From Octopus sinensis (taxonomy: Eukaryota): a stretch of 37,150 nt of DNA. Where the stretch lies: contig NW_021829602.1 in the NCBI RefSeq assembly GCF_006345805.1, positions 1 through 37,150 on the forward strand, in the 5' to 3' direction. Positions within the stretch are counted from its first letter, which is position 1. Each line of letters starts with the position of its first letter. Below the pieces are notes generated by a model, which was not told where the DNA came from, made no database searches, and worked only from the letters and a program-made list of their open reading frames with translations. Made by a program: the position numbers and the translations under genes. Of the stretch, positions 1-10,701 are shown one piece after another.

Positions 1-150
1 CCTGTGGGCAGAATCAAAACTGAAGGCTTCTAGTAGGATCTTTACCCGTCCCCGTCTTCTCTTTCGCTATCACCACTAGACTTATGAAATAGGTATGATA
101 GTGTTGGTGCTGGTGTTTTGGTTTGCTGAAAAACCAGCGCGATGAATATT

Positions 151-352
151 GGTTTAAAATTTTGCCTCAAGGCTAACAATTTCGGAGAAGGAGGCAAGTC
201 GATTACATCGACCCCAGTGTGTAACTGGTACTTGAAAGGATGAAAGGCAAAGTCAACCTCGGTGGAATTTGAATTCAGGACGTAAAGACGGACGAAATGC
301 CGCTACGCATTTTTCCCGGCGTGCTAACGCTTCTGCCAGCCCCCCCCACCTT
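151..352 (-). mobile_element. tRNA-headed SINE, family A (Meta-domain-like core)
   Basis: Minus strand reads tggcagaagcgttagcacgcc (A-box-like), ctgaattcaaattcc (B-box-like), then gttgactttgcctttcatcc, the core shared by more than 15 copies here. The Meta-domain resemblance is from recall only. Confidence 0.85.
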
Positions 353-719
353 ATGCGCGATAAATATTATTAGTGTGGGCACAGCTGCTTGTCTCAGGGA
401 AGGTAACTCCATAAAAATCTTGCATCGTGGTCTTTACTGGGCATGTGGGGCTTGCTGCATAAGACCAGTACAAATTCAAACAACGAGTTCCGATACAATT
501 TCCATGTACTTAATTTAACCCCTGAACTAAGGTGTCACACGGAGAGATCGAGACTGGTGACTCATGATTTCGTAACGAAATGCTAAGCTATTTGTAAAAT
601 GCATAGAATGTACGAATAAATACATATATATATGTATATATATACAATATTTATACACACACACACACACACGCACGCACACACACTCACACGCGCGCGC
701 ACACACACACACACACAGA

Positions 720-1004
720 TTCAGATGAATATGGTACTTAAGTTGAGGCACCAGAATTTAGTACGGTATTATCCATACAATTTCAAAATAAGGTGATTAA
801 AATCAAAATAAGCAACAAGGATATCCAGAGGTAATGCAGTACGATCGTTTTAAGCGACTCCATTTAATTGAACAATGAAATCATTACATCAATTTAAATG
901 CAGAGCAATCCTCAACTGCATAAAGACATATTCATTATTAAATGGAGTTGCTTGAAAACGGTCGTACTGCATTACCTCTGGATATCCTTGTTGCTTATTT
1001 GATT
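720..1004. mobile_element. Foldback/MITE-like element with long inverted arms
   Basis: 801-868 (aatcaaaataagcaacaaggatatccagaggtaatgcagtacgatcg...ctccatttaat) is the near-perfect reverse complement of 937-1004, with a ~70-bp spacer. The right arm ends in (TA)n. Inclusion of 720-800 is tentative. Confidence 0.7.
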
Positions 1005-1380
1005 ATATGTATATATATAGATATATTATATAATATATATATATATATTATATAATATATATATATATTATATATATATATATATATATAATATATCTAT
1101 ATATATATTAATAGATTTTGATAGATAGATAGACTGACACATGTATGTATATATAACACTATATACATTCATATACACGCACAGGTGTATATTTACACAT
1201 TTATATGTATATATACATGGACAAATGCATACATATATATGTGGCAATATTATATATATATATATATATATGCACATACACATATGGATATATATATTTG
1301 TGTGTGTGTGTGTATACAAACACATACACATTCATACATAAATATACTTGCATACACACACATACACACACACACACACA
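1005..1380. repeat. Compound (TA)n/(CA)n/(TG)n microsatellite
   Basis: Direct inspection; explains the overlapping low-complexity ORFs. Confidence 0.95.
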
Positions 1381-1828
1381 GAAACTCAATATTGTGTAGG
1401 TGTGAACCCCTAGCGAGAAACTATTCACAGTCTGCAACACATGGTGCTAAATACTCGGTCTCTTCGGTCATTTCACTTCAGTAACTCTGTCGCCTCTGTC
1501 GCCGCCGTCTCTAACGACGACGACGACGACGACGACGACATAGCAATTACGTCACGAATTTCTTAAGGGCAACAACAGCCTCTACATCTACAAGAACCGC
1601 AAAAACATCCGCCGGCATTATATATATATATAATTACGTCTTCCTATTCTAAATATTCCGAAAATAATCAAAAGGAAACAATTCCCTGAAAGCTTCTCTT
1701 GACAACAAATTGTACTAGCTTTCTTGACGTACGAAATATGTTACTCACAGGTCAATGAGCGAGTCTCTACAATGGTCGCCTTCAAATAACACTGTTATTT
1801 TAAAGCAGAGAAAAAAGATGGCATATTA

Positions 1829-2045
1829 CGTGTAGGTGCTGAAAAGTTCCTGGTTTTAAGAGTGTCGCGAAAAGCCTGGTTAGAGACCCAACCTTCCGAA
1901 TTCTTTTACAGGACTCAGAAAAACTGAAGGGCTACTGCAGTAAGTGTGTGAATCTGAGAGGGGAGTATGTCGAATAAAATCATAACTAACTGATCCTCGC
2001 GTATTTTCTTTTACCCAAAGCCAGGAACTTTTCGGCATCTTCTCG
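1829..2045 (+). mobile_element. Non-autonomous mariner MITE (~220 bp), copy 1
   Basis: TIR-like ends ggtgctgaaaagttcctgg / ccaggaacttttcggcatc after a TA. The interior encodes a decayed mariner C-terminus (GLRKTEG.. / KCVNLRGEYVE*). Confidence 0.85.
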
Positions 2046-2189
2046 TTTATATATTTCTTTACTACCCACAAGGGGCCAACTTCTCGTTTATAATGCAGTC
2101 CGAGCTATATACAGGGGTGGCCAAAAGTAGGTATACACTTGCTGTATATGAGTATACAGTTGCTTTTCATTTCTTCATTTCTTTTTTTA

Positions 2190-2433
2190 GGCGTATGGCG
2201 TAGTGGCTAAGAACGCGAGCTATTAACCCCAAGATTCCGAGTTCGATTCCAAGCAGTTAGCTGAATAATAATAATAATAATAATAAAATAACATCGAAAA
2301 ATACCTCAGGAATGAGAACCCAGTTCGAAATTTCCCCAAGACACCTGATGAAGGCTGGAGGCTATATCAGCCGAAGCGTTCTCTAAACAACAAACAAGAT
2401 GAGGACAAATATTTGTCAAATGTAAATAATGTA
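2190..2433 (+). mobile_element. tRNA-headed SINE with a hammerhead-like 3' domain
   Basis: A box TGGCGTAGTGG at 2196-2206 and B box GTTCGATTCC at 2241-2250, followed by (AAT)n and then CTGATGA-A-GGCTG...CAGCC-GAAGCGTT. Confidence 0.75.
2340..2385 (+). ncRNA. Degenerate type-I hammerhead ribozyme motif
   Basis: CUGAUGA core and stem II GGCUG/CAGCC are intact. GAAAC is replaced by GAAGC and the stem I 3' arm does not pair, so this copy is probably inactive. Confidence 0.55.
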
Positions 2434-2820
2434 AGAATTCTTTGATTCTATGCTCTTTATAAATAATTCTTTCTATAATAAAATAATTATTCCTAATTTC
2501 AGATATTTATTACTATACGATTGGGAACTAAAACCAAAGATGAACGAAAGTGGATTATTAAGCAGTACTGGTAAACAGAGTACTGGTAAACAGAATACAG
2601 AAATGGTTAGACCGGAATGGACTGAAGAGTATCAAAAGCTAGCTCCCTCAAGATTAACGGTTTACAATATACGCGACAAATTTGAGCGGACTGGGTCCAT
2701 CTGCACTGCACAGAAAAGTGGTCGACCGGTCCCTGTTATCACTGAAGAAAATGAAATGTTTGTGACTCAAGCATTCACTCGAAGTCTCCCCCCCCCCACA
2801 CAAAAAAAAACAGTGAGGCT

Positions 2821-2985
2821 TCCTATGAATCACGGCATCTATATTTCTGACGAAGAGCTTCGCTCAAAACGTGAAGTCCTCCTTCTTTCCTTTCCTTTCC
2901 TGAGCATCCAATAACACTGTACTTATTCCACGTCCTCGCGTTGTTGTGTTTTCTCTTTGTTCATGTTTAGATTAATTATATATAT
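2821..2985 (+). mobile_element. Penelope-type terminal-repeat fragment with a minimal degenerate hammerhead (2841-2877)
   Basis: CTGACGA-A-GAGC-TTC-GCTC-AAAAC-GT matches the compact PLE hammerhead layout with G12>A. The fragment ends in a (TA)/(TG) tract. Confidence 0.55.
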
Positions 2986-2989
2986 GCAT

Positions 2990-3049
<60 letters not shown>

Positions 3050-3377
3050 CAGAGAGACAGAGAGACAGAGAGAGAGAGACAGACAGAGACACACACGCGC
3101 GCAAATGGCCATGTGCGTATATATGTGTAGAATTGTGTAGTTTCAGGAATAGTGCGTGTAATGTAGCGTATCGAAAAGAGCTTTGAATAAAAAAGATATT
3201 TGAAATTGCAGTACGCTGAATGGCAACGAAAACCGATCCCGGTTTGTAAAATATAGCACTTCTTGTGTGAAACTTCTTTTGGTTAAAATTTGCTCAAAAA
3301 TCTTTTCAGTGAAACTTTTTACGTAGGAAATCTTTTTTTCTATACGAAAACTTTTCAGTTATATGTGAATGCCTCTC

Positions 3378-3432
<55 letters not shown>

Positions 3433-3440
3433 GTGTGCGT

Positions 3441-3476
<36 letters not shown>

Positions 3477-4019
3477 GTGTGTGTGTGTGTGTAAAACTCA
3501 CCTTGGGAAAATTTATATAAATATTTTTGCAATAAATCAGTTATATGAAAACACTTATATGAAATTATGGATTTGTAGTTTTACTTTCACACACACACAC
3601 GCGCATGCGTGTGCATAGACGGGGGAAGATATAAACATAGACAGGTAGATAGATATATCTATAGATTTATGTATACAAAGATATATATTATTCATACATA
3701 TATAACGCAAATGTTTTGTTCGTACTTTAGGAAATAAAATTTGTTTTATTTTCAAGCAAATATGTATAAAACTTAAGCATATTTTCATTTTATTTCACCG
3801 TTTCTTCTCATTTCCCATCCCCATATATATATATATGTATGTATATGTATGTATGTATGTATATGTATATGTGTGTCTGTGTGTGGGTGTTTATATATAT
3901 ATATATATATATAAGCAGAGTCACCCGGCGTTGCCAAATATGTAAAAGATTCCTTGCCTGTTAAAGTCTTGCTAGTTTTTCTATTGATTCTACGACCGAT
4001 TATGACTTCCTACCAAGGG

Positions 4020-4790
4020 ACAGGGTCAGAAATTTGAGGAGAGGGTAGGTTTTTATTATTACCGCCAGACTAAAGTACTTGAATGGTACTTTGTTTATCG
4101 ACGCCAGAAAGATCAAAAGTAAATTCCACCCCGACAGAATGTGGATACTTCATAAACTTAATAACCCTTTTCTACTGTAGGCACAAGCCCTGAAATTGAG
4201 ATGACGGGGTTAGTCAATTACGTCGACCTCACAGCTCGACTTGTAGTTATTTTATCGACCACGAATGAATGAAAAGTAAGTTGACCTTGGCGGTATTTGA
4301 ACTCAGAACGTAAAGATGAATGAAATGCCGTTAAGCCTCTTGTCCGGCGTGCTAACGATTCTACCAGCTCGCCGCCTTAACTGTATAGTGGCTTCAAATA
4401 ATGGCACAAGGCCAATGATTTCGGAATAGGGGATAAGTGGACTCTATGGATCAACTGGTACGTATTTTATCGACCCCAAAAGGATGAAAGGCAAATTTGA
4501 CGTCGGTAGGGTTTGATCTCAGAATGTAAAGTTCCAGAAGTAATGCCACTCGGCATTTTGTCTGAGGCACTAACGATTCCACCATCTCGCTGCCATTTTC
4601 AATTTTGACACAAACCCAGCAATTCTGAGGGAAAGGGAACAAGTCGATACTTGACTGACATTTTATTTCATCGACTGCGAAAGGATGAACGGGAAAGTTG
4701 ACCTTGGTAGAATTTGAACTCAGGACATAAAGATCTGCAAGAAATACTACCAAGCCCTTTTCCCGCCGCGCCAACAATTCTGCTAAGACA
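4020..4790 (-). mobile_element. Cluster of four co-oriented, diverged family-A SINEs
   Basis: The motif atcgac..aaaggatgaaaggcaaa..gacc..gaatttgaactcag recurs at ~4100, ~4270, ~4490 and ~4690. ORF 4451..4933 is read-through of these repeats. Confidence 0.8.
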
Positions 4791-5099
4791 TCAGTGTAAA
4801 TTTCTCCATTCAGTAAATATAGAGAATTAACGAAGCTGGTTAAAGAAAAATTGATACCTGTAAGGCAATGATTAAGATCTTTTATTGTTTTGAAGTAAGC
4901 CAATTCACAAAACTTTGCACTTAGAGCTGCCAAGACATGGTTCCATTGTCTAACTGGATAATCGCTTGGTTCAACGCTTTAGAATATTACCACAATGTTG
5001 ATTTCTCTTGAAAAGAAAAGAAGAAAAGAAAGAGCAATTTATCGTCCGTAAATTGATAATGAAGTTAATGAAGGTGGTGAGGGTAAGTATGTGTGATTG

Positions 5100-5460
5100 T
5101 AAAATTGTAAAGAAGGAGGAGAAGAAGGAGGTGAAGGAGAAAGTGAAGGAGAAGAATGAAAATGAAGGAGAAAGAGACGAAGAATGAAGGAGAAGAATGA
5201 CAAATGATGAAGGAAAAGAAATCGAAGACGAATAAGGAAAGAAAGAAGAATGAAGAAGAATAAAAAATGAAGGAGGAGTCGAAGAATGAAGAAGATGAGG
5301 AAGAAGAAGATGAAGAAGAAGAAGAAGAAGAAGAAGAAGAAGAAGAAGAAGAAGAAGAAGAAGAAGAAGAAGAAGAAGAAGAAGAAGAAGAATGTGAAAT
5401 GCAGAATGTGGAGACGAAATGAAGAAAGAAAGAAAAATGAAGAAAAAGAAGAACGAAAGA
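5100..5460. repeat. (GAA)n and purine-rich microsatellite
   Basis: Long pure GAA run at ~5310-5390; source of the poly-K ORF. Confidence 0.95.
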
Positions 5461-5470
5461 TAGCTAAATA

Positions 5471-5690
5471 GGCGCAGTCATGGCTGCGTGGTTAAAAAGT
5501 TGCTTCACAGCCATATGTGTTTTCGTGTTCAATCCTACTGTGCGGTACCTTCTACTATAGCCTCGGACTGACCGATAGAATAAGCATCAGAAACTCCAAA
5601 TAAAGACTAGGATCAGTTTGTTCGACTAAAGTTTTCAGTATAGCGCCCCAACATGGCCGCGGTCCAAGGACTAAGACAAGCAAAAGAATA
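5471..5690 (+). mobile_element. Old, internally deleted family-B SINE
   Basis: Head ggcgcagtcatggctgcgtggtt and tail catggccgcggtcc..acaagcaaaaga align with the full family-B copies. Confidence 0.7.
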
Positions 5691-5721
5691 CAAGTATGAA
5701 AATAACTGATATTCGTTTCTA

Positions 5722-5722
5722 C

Positions 5723-5813
<91 letters not shown>

Positions 5814-5830
5814 GTCTATCTGTCTATCTA
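5722..5830. repeat. (TATC)n microsatellite
   Basis: Direct inspection. Confidence 0.95.
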
Positions 5831-5872
5831 CCTGCCATTGTGCGCGCTCGCGCGTGTGTAATATATAATACA

Positions 5873-6253
5873 GTGGAGGCGCTATGGCCCAGTGGTTAGG
5901 GCAGTGGACTCGCGGTCTTAGGATCGTGGTTTCAATTCCCAGACCTGGCGTTGTGAGTGCTTATTGAGCGAAAACACCTAAAGCTCCACGAGGCTCCGAC
6001 AGGAGGTGTGGCAAATCCTGCTGTACTCTTTCACCACAACTTTCTCTCACTCTTTCTTCCTGTTTCTGTTGTACCTGTATTTCAAAGGGGCGAGCCTTGT
6101 CACACTCTGTGTCACGCTGAATCTCCCCGAGAACTACGTTAAGGGTACACGTGTCTGTGGAGTGCTCAGCCACTTGCACGTTAATTTCACGAGCAGGCTG
6201 CTCTGTTGATCGGATCAACTGGAACCTTCGTCGTCGTAACCGACGGAATGCCA
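5873..6253 (+). mobile_element. tRNA-headed SINE, family C (apparently full length)
   Basis: A-box-like tggcccagtgg and B-box-like ggtttcaattcc. The first ~190 bp match a second copy at 32727. Confidence 0.8.
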
Positions 6254-6833
6254 GTCATATAACATACGCATATATACGGGAATACGGAAGATGGACACAG
6301 TAATGGAAACGTCACTTTTATTTACCAAGTTTTCTGTTGGCAATACGATAACTTAATAGCCACTCTATTCTTTTATCGTGTATTGATATGCATTATAAAT
6401 TACTTGTACTTCATGGTATAGCCCCCTACTTTTCTTTTTTCTTGCATAAATTTATATCTAAATATCTTAAAATGTGCGATCTCTCTGATTTCCATAGTGG
6501 AGCATAGATGACTAGGGCTTCAGTCACTTGAACAGCTGAATTGGTTAATATTTCGAAACTACAGTATATAGAATCATGCTGGCTTTCCAAAAAATCAAGA
6601 TAAATCCAGCTCTGGCTCGTATAATTCTGGAGGGAAGGCAAAACTCACAGAGAGGGAACTGTACAATAGTGAAATAGTGAAACCTATTGTGTGTAAAAGC
6701 CACCGGGTTGTGACAGCGAAAGTAATCACCGAACTAAACCACCATCTTGCTAACACCGTGTCAACCAAAGCCATTCATCATGAGTCCAATAAAACTGAAT
6801 AAGAGTGCTACAGTTGTTAAACCTCTCCTGATA

Positions 6834-7035
6834 ATTGTAAGATTGTGGTTTCGATTCCTGGACCGAGCGATGCGTTGTGTTCTTGAGCAACACACATCAT
6901 TTTATGTTGCTCTAGTCCACTCAGCTGGCAAAAATGAGTAATCTTGCGACGGATTTGCATCCCATCCAAGTGCGGAATATATACGTCATGAAACCGGGAA
7001 ACCGACTCTTAAAAGTCGGCATGACTCGAGAAAGT
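6834..7035 (+). mobile_element. 5'-truncated SINE (V/CORE-like) inserted in the Tc1
   Basis: B box ggtttcgattcc, then gtgttcttgagcaa, ctagtccactcagctggcaaaaatgagta and gcgacggatttgcatcccatcc, which resemble V-SINE/CORE central domains (recall). Confidence 0.6.
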
Positions 7036-7184
7036 TACTTTTTTTTTAAACTTCTCCTGTCTCCCATCAATATCGATAAGCGGGAAAATGGTGTATAGAC
7101 AACCAAAAGTGGTCAATAGGGCAACAGAATAATCTTATCTGACAAATCATCATTGACCATTTCTCCCACTTCAGGTTGAGTTTA

Positions 7185-7403
7185 CGACGGGATGCTAAAA
7201 AGTTCCTGGCCTTAGAGTTATCGCTAAAAAGGTGTGGCTTGAAGCACAACCTTCCGAGTTCTTTTACAGGGCTTAGAAAAACTAAAGGACCGCTGCTATA
7301 AGTGAGTGAATCTGAGAGGGGAATATATTGAATAAAATCAGAATTAATTTATCCTTCAGTATTTTCTTTTACCCAAAGCCAGGAACTTTTCAGCACCCCT
7401 TCA
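7185..7403 (+). mobile_element. Mariner MITE, copy 2
   Basis: Same TIRs and interior as 1829-2045; TA flanks. Confidence 0.85.
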
Positions 7404-7438
7404 TATATATATATATTATATATATACATACACACATA

Positions 7439-7655
7439 CAAGGGGGTGCTGAAACGTTCCTGGCTTTAAGGGTGTCGCGAAGGGCCTGGCTGGAAGCCAA
7501 ACTTTCCGAGTTCTTTTAAAGGGCTCAGAAAAACTGAAGGATCGCTGCTATAAGTGTGTGAATGTGAGAGGGGAATTTATTGAATAAAATCATAATTAAC
7601 TAATCCTCCTGTATTTTCTTTCACTCAAAGCCAGGAACCTATCAGCACCACTTCA
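7439..7655 (+). mobile_element. Mariner MITE, copy 3 (tandem with copy 2)
   Basis: Same TIRs and interior; separated from copy 2 by ~35 bp of (TA)/(CA). Confidence 0.85.
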
Positions 7656-8320
7656 TATGTCTATAGATAATCCAAAGATATCTTTAACTCTGTGTGGGTC
7701 CTACCGTAAAGCATGGAGTTGACTCTATGATGATTTAGACTGCCATTACTTGGAATTCATTTGGGCCTTAGGTGTTTTTATATAGCAGTGCTAAGGCTAA
7801 AAATTACCTGAGTATCTTGGTGGATCATGTTGATCTTATAGTACAAACATTGTTCCCCGATGGTAGTACAATCTTCTAGGAGAATAATGCGTTGATTCAC
7901 ATGGTTAATGTTATTCAAAATTGGTACAAAGTGTACAAAAGCGAAGCAGACCCCTTGGATCGGCTCTCGAATCACCAGATTTCCCCAAAATCGAACATTT
8001 ATGGTGTATTTTGGGGCAGCACGAGAGGAGCTGCTTCCCTCTGCCACCGTCGCTGAAAGAGCTAAAGCGAGTCGTACTTGAAGATTGGCTCAAAATTCTC
8101 TTTACGATTATTTAGAGACTGTGCAAGATAATTCCACGACGTATTAAATCTGAGACTGATGCCAAAGATGGACTAAATCCGTATTAAATAATGAAACTTC
8201 CATTTCACATGGTGTTTTCATCATATTGTCCAGCCCCTGTATATATAAATCTATATCCGTGTGTGAGAGTGTCTGTGTTTGTGTATATATATGTATATAT
8301 ATATATAGCTAGATAGCTAG

Positions 8321-8381
<61 letters not shown>

Positions 8382-8862
8382 TACGTATATATCTGCACCG
8401 AGAAACACTCGTACACATATACGTTAGGCGGTTTATTAAAGAGAAACTTGTTTACTGTATTGATGCAATAAAAATTGTCCTGGGAAGTCTGCGGTCTAAA
8501 AGTCGTTACTCTAATGACGTCTTTCTTACTTTTTGCGACTCTTCAAGTTCCTTTTTTTTATTCTAATTTGCTAAGAAATTATTTATTCTAATCTAATCTT
8601 TCCTCTCTTTCTTCTCTCTTTCTCTCCTTCTCTATCTACCTGCCTATCTATTTCTCACTCCGTCGATTGCTCAATCGAGCATTTTTCCCCTCTATCTTAT
8701 ATACATCTTTGGCTTATTCAATTACCTCATATTACCAGCAATGCTAGTCTTTAAGAATTGATGAAATGCTGTCTTCTCTTTTTTTTCTTTTGCACAAACA
8801 AAACCACACACACACACACGCGCCGCGCGCCACACACACACACTCAAACACTGTCTCACACA

Positions 8863-8906
<44 letters not shown>

Positions 8907-9128
8907 TATATATATATATATATATAATATATATATATATATAATATATATATTACGTACAATCGTTATCATGCGCGGATATATGTAATATAAGTGTGTA
9001 TGTGTGTATGTGTGTGTGCATTACAGAATTCATATACGCTTATGATATAAAACTTATCTCTCTTCACTCACACACCCATAGAAACACTCACACATCCGTA
9101 TGAGTATGTTTGTGCGCGCGTGTGTGTA

Positions 9129-9166
<38 letters not shown>

Positions 9167-9717
9167 TGTGTGTGTGTGTGTGTCTGTTTATCAGCGCATC
9201 CTGGCCACAAACTTCGTTTGTAAAGCTAAATATTCAACTACGCTTTCGCCAGTCTAATGCCGAGTTTACTTCACTTACGTTTCTCTTTGTCTAAATATAT
9301 TATACAACATAACAGCAATAACAACAACGATAGCAAGAGTAACTACAGCAATAACAAATATGATTATGATGATGATGACGACGATGGCGATGATTATGAC
9401 GATAATAGCTTTATCTTTTATTTACCGCAGTGACAGCTGATGAGGGGAACAAGTATTAAATTAAATTAAACTTGGGATTTTACAAGTATAATTTACATAT
9501 TTTGCGGATGGTTTACGAAACAAAAAAAACAGGGCAGTGAACGGAGAGGGGGAGAAATGTGGAGGGATGAAATGAAAAAAAACCTCCCAAAAACCTAGCG
9601 TACAAAATAGGTGAATATATGGTCGATACTGTACTCTTTATACAAGAAAACCTCCAGTTTAGGACCAGCCTAGGAAATCTACAGACCATCTTGCGCATCA
9701 AAAGCACAAGCCCTCAC

Positions 9718-9810
9718 CAGGCTGTGCACTCCAGAGATACACGACGAGGGGTGGCAGAAAAAATGGTCAATCCGTTTTCTGTCACTGTCACCCGGTTATT
9801 GAAAAATTCC
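9718..9810 (-). CDS. Candidate isolated 93-nt symmetric exon (x-EFFNNRVTVTENGLTIFSATPRRVSLECTA-W), product unknown
   Basis: (CT)n pyrimidine tract plus cccAG acceptor, TG|GTGAGG donor, one open frame and higher GC than the flanks. No homology recognised. Confidence 0.3.
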
Positions 9811-9816
9811 CTGGGC

Positions 9817-9894
<78 letters not shown>

Positions 9895-9993
9895 CTCTTT
9901 TACCTCTTCAAGGCCTCAAAAATCTGGGCCTTAAGTGCACAAACAGACCCACTTTCAAGTTTGCATTCCAAGTTTAGAATTTTGATTACATAA

Positions 9994-10378
9994 GGCGCAG
10001 GAGTGGCTGTGTGGTAAGTAGCTTGCTTACGAACCACATGGTTCCGGGTTCAGTCCTACTGCGTGGCACCTTGGGCAAATGTCTTCTACTATAGCCTCGG
10101 GCCGACCAAAGCCTTGTGAGTGGATTTGGTAGACGGAAACTGAAAGAAGCCCGTGGTATATATGCATATGTATATGTTTGTGTCCGTTTTTGTCTTCCCA
10201 ACATCGCTTGACAACCGATGCTGGTGTGTTTACGTCCCCGTAACTTAGCGGTTCAGCAAAAGAGACCGATAGAATAAGTACTAAGTTTACAAAGAATAAG
10301 TCCTGGGGTCGATTTGCTCGACTAAAGGCGGTGCTCCAGCATGGCCGCAGTCAAAATGACTGAAACAAGTAAAAAAGT
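9994..10378 (+). mobile_element. tRNA-headed SINE, family B (CORE-like, internal microsatellite)
   Basis: Head ggcgcaggagtggctgtgtggtaag..gggttcagtcc, CORE-like ccttgggcaa, internal (TA)(TG) tract and tail atggccgcagtcaaaatgactgaaacaagtaaaa. Confidence 0.9.
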
Positions 10379-10669
10379 ATATGTATACAGTTGTATAATA
10401 TTCTATACATGTATACGGTTTGTATAATATTCTACCTTGTCAAACGGCATGTGCAATGGTACGAGGCAACGAGAGAGTAAGAGAAGGAGGGAGAGAGGGA
10501 CGAAAATGTGGGAGGGAGACAGCATCAAATTCAGAACTAAGACACGTTTACAATATCTGTACAAAGTTTTTAAGAGAGTCATTTTTGCTCAAAAGTCATA
10601 CCTGTTCTCACTTGTGGAGCTAACGCTATATTTGTGCTTGAAGTGGCCAAGTTTTGTTTCAGAGCAGAC

Positions 10670-10699
<30 letters not shown>

Positions 10700-10701
<2 letters not shown>

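Larger units (their letters stand above)
2112..2820 (+). mobile_element. 5' part of a Tc1/mariner-superfamily transposon with a DUF4817-like N-terminal HTH, interrupted by a SINE
   Basis: TA + caggggtggccaaaagtagg terminus. 2540-2820 translates (with a stop, a frameshift and a 15-bp duplication) as ERKWIIKQYW..APSRLTVYNIRDKFERTGSICTAQKSGRPV..TEENEMFVTQAFTRS, the typical HTH plus SGRP linker. Confidence 0.7.
6285..8239 (+). mobile_element. Decayed Tc1-like (DD34E) transposon with nested insertions
   Basis: Right TIR ..tcatcatattgtccagcccctg+TA; degenerate left TIR TA+cggaagatggacacagtaatggaaac. Peptide remnants: KLTER..VCKSHRV..ELNHHLANTVSTK..VKPLL; ..SSLTISPTSG.VY; PTVKHG..MMI..AITWNSFGP; F*ENNALIH; ESPDF..IEHLW..LKELKRVVLEDWLKI. 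Confidence 0.8.

Noticed and set aside
1565-1620. Coding-looking GNNSLYIYKNRKNIRRH
   Set aside because: Short, flanked by decayed triplet repeats and (TA)n, with no donor site; probably eroded microsatellite.
2190-2262. tRNA gene call for this and other A/B-box heads
   Set aside because: No complete acceptor stem or clean cloverleaf, and each head continues into a dispersed repeat body.
2450-2914. 154-aa ORF as a host gene
   Set aside because: Chimera of AT-rich leader, transposase HTH fragment and PLE terminal repeat.
4451-4933. 160-aa ORF with an apparent internal repeat
   Set aside because: Read-through of tandem family-A SINEs; the repeat is the SINE core.
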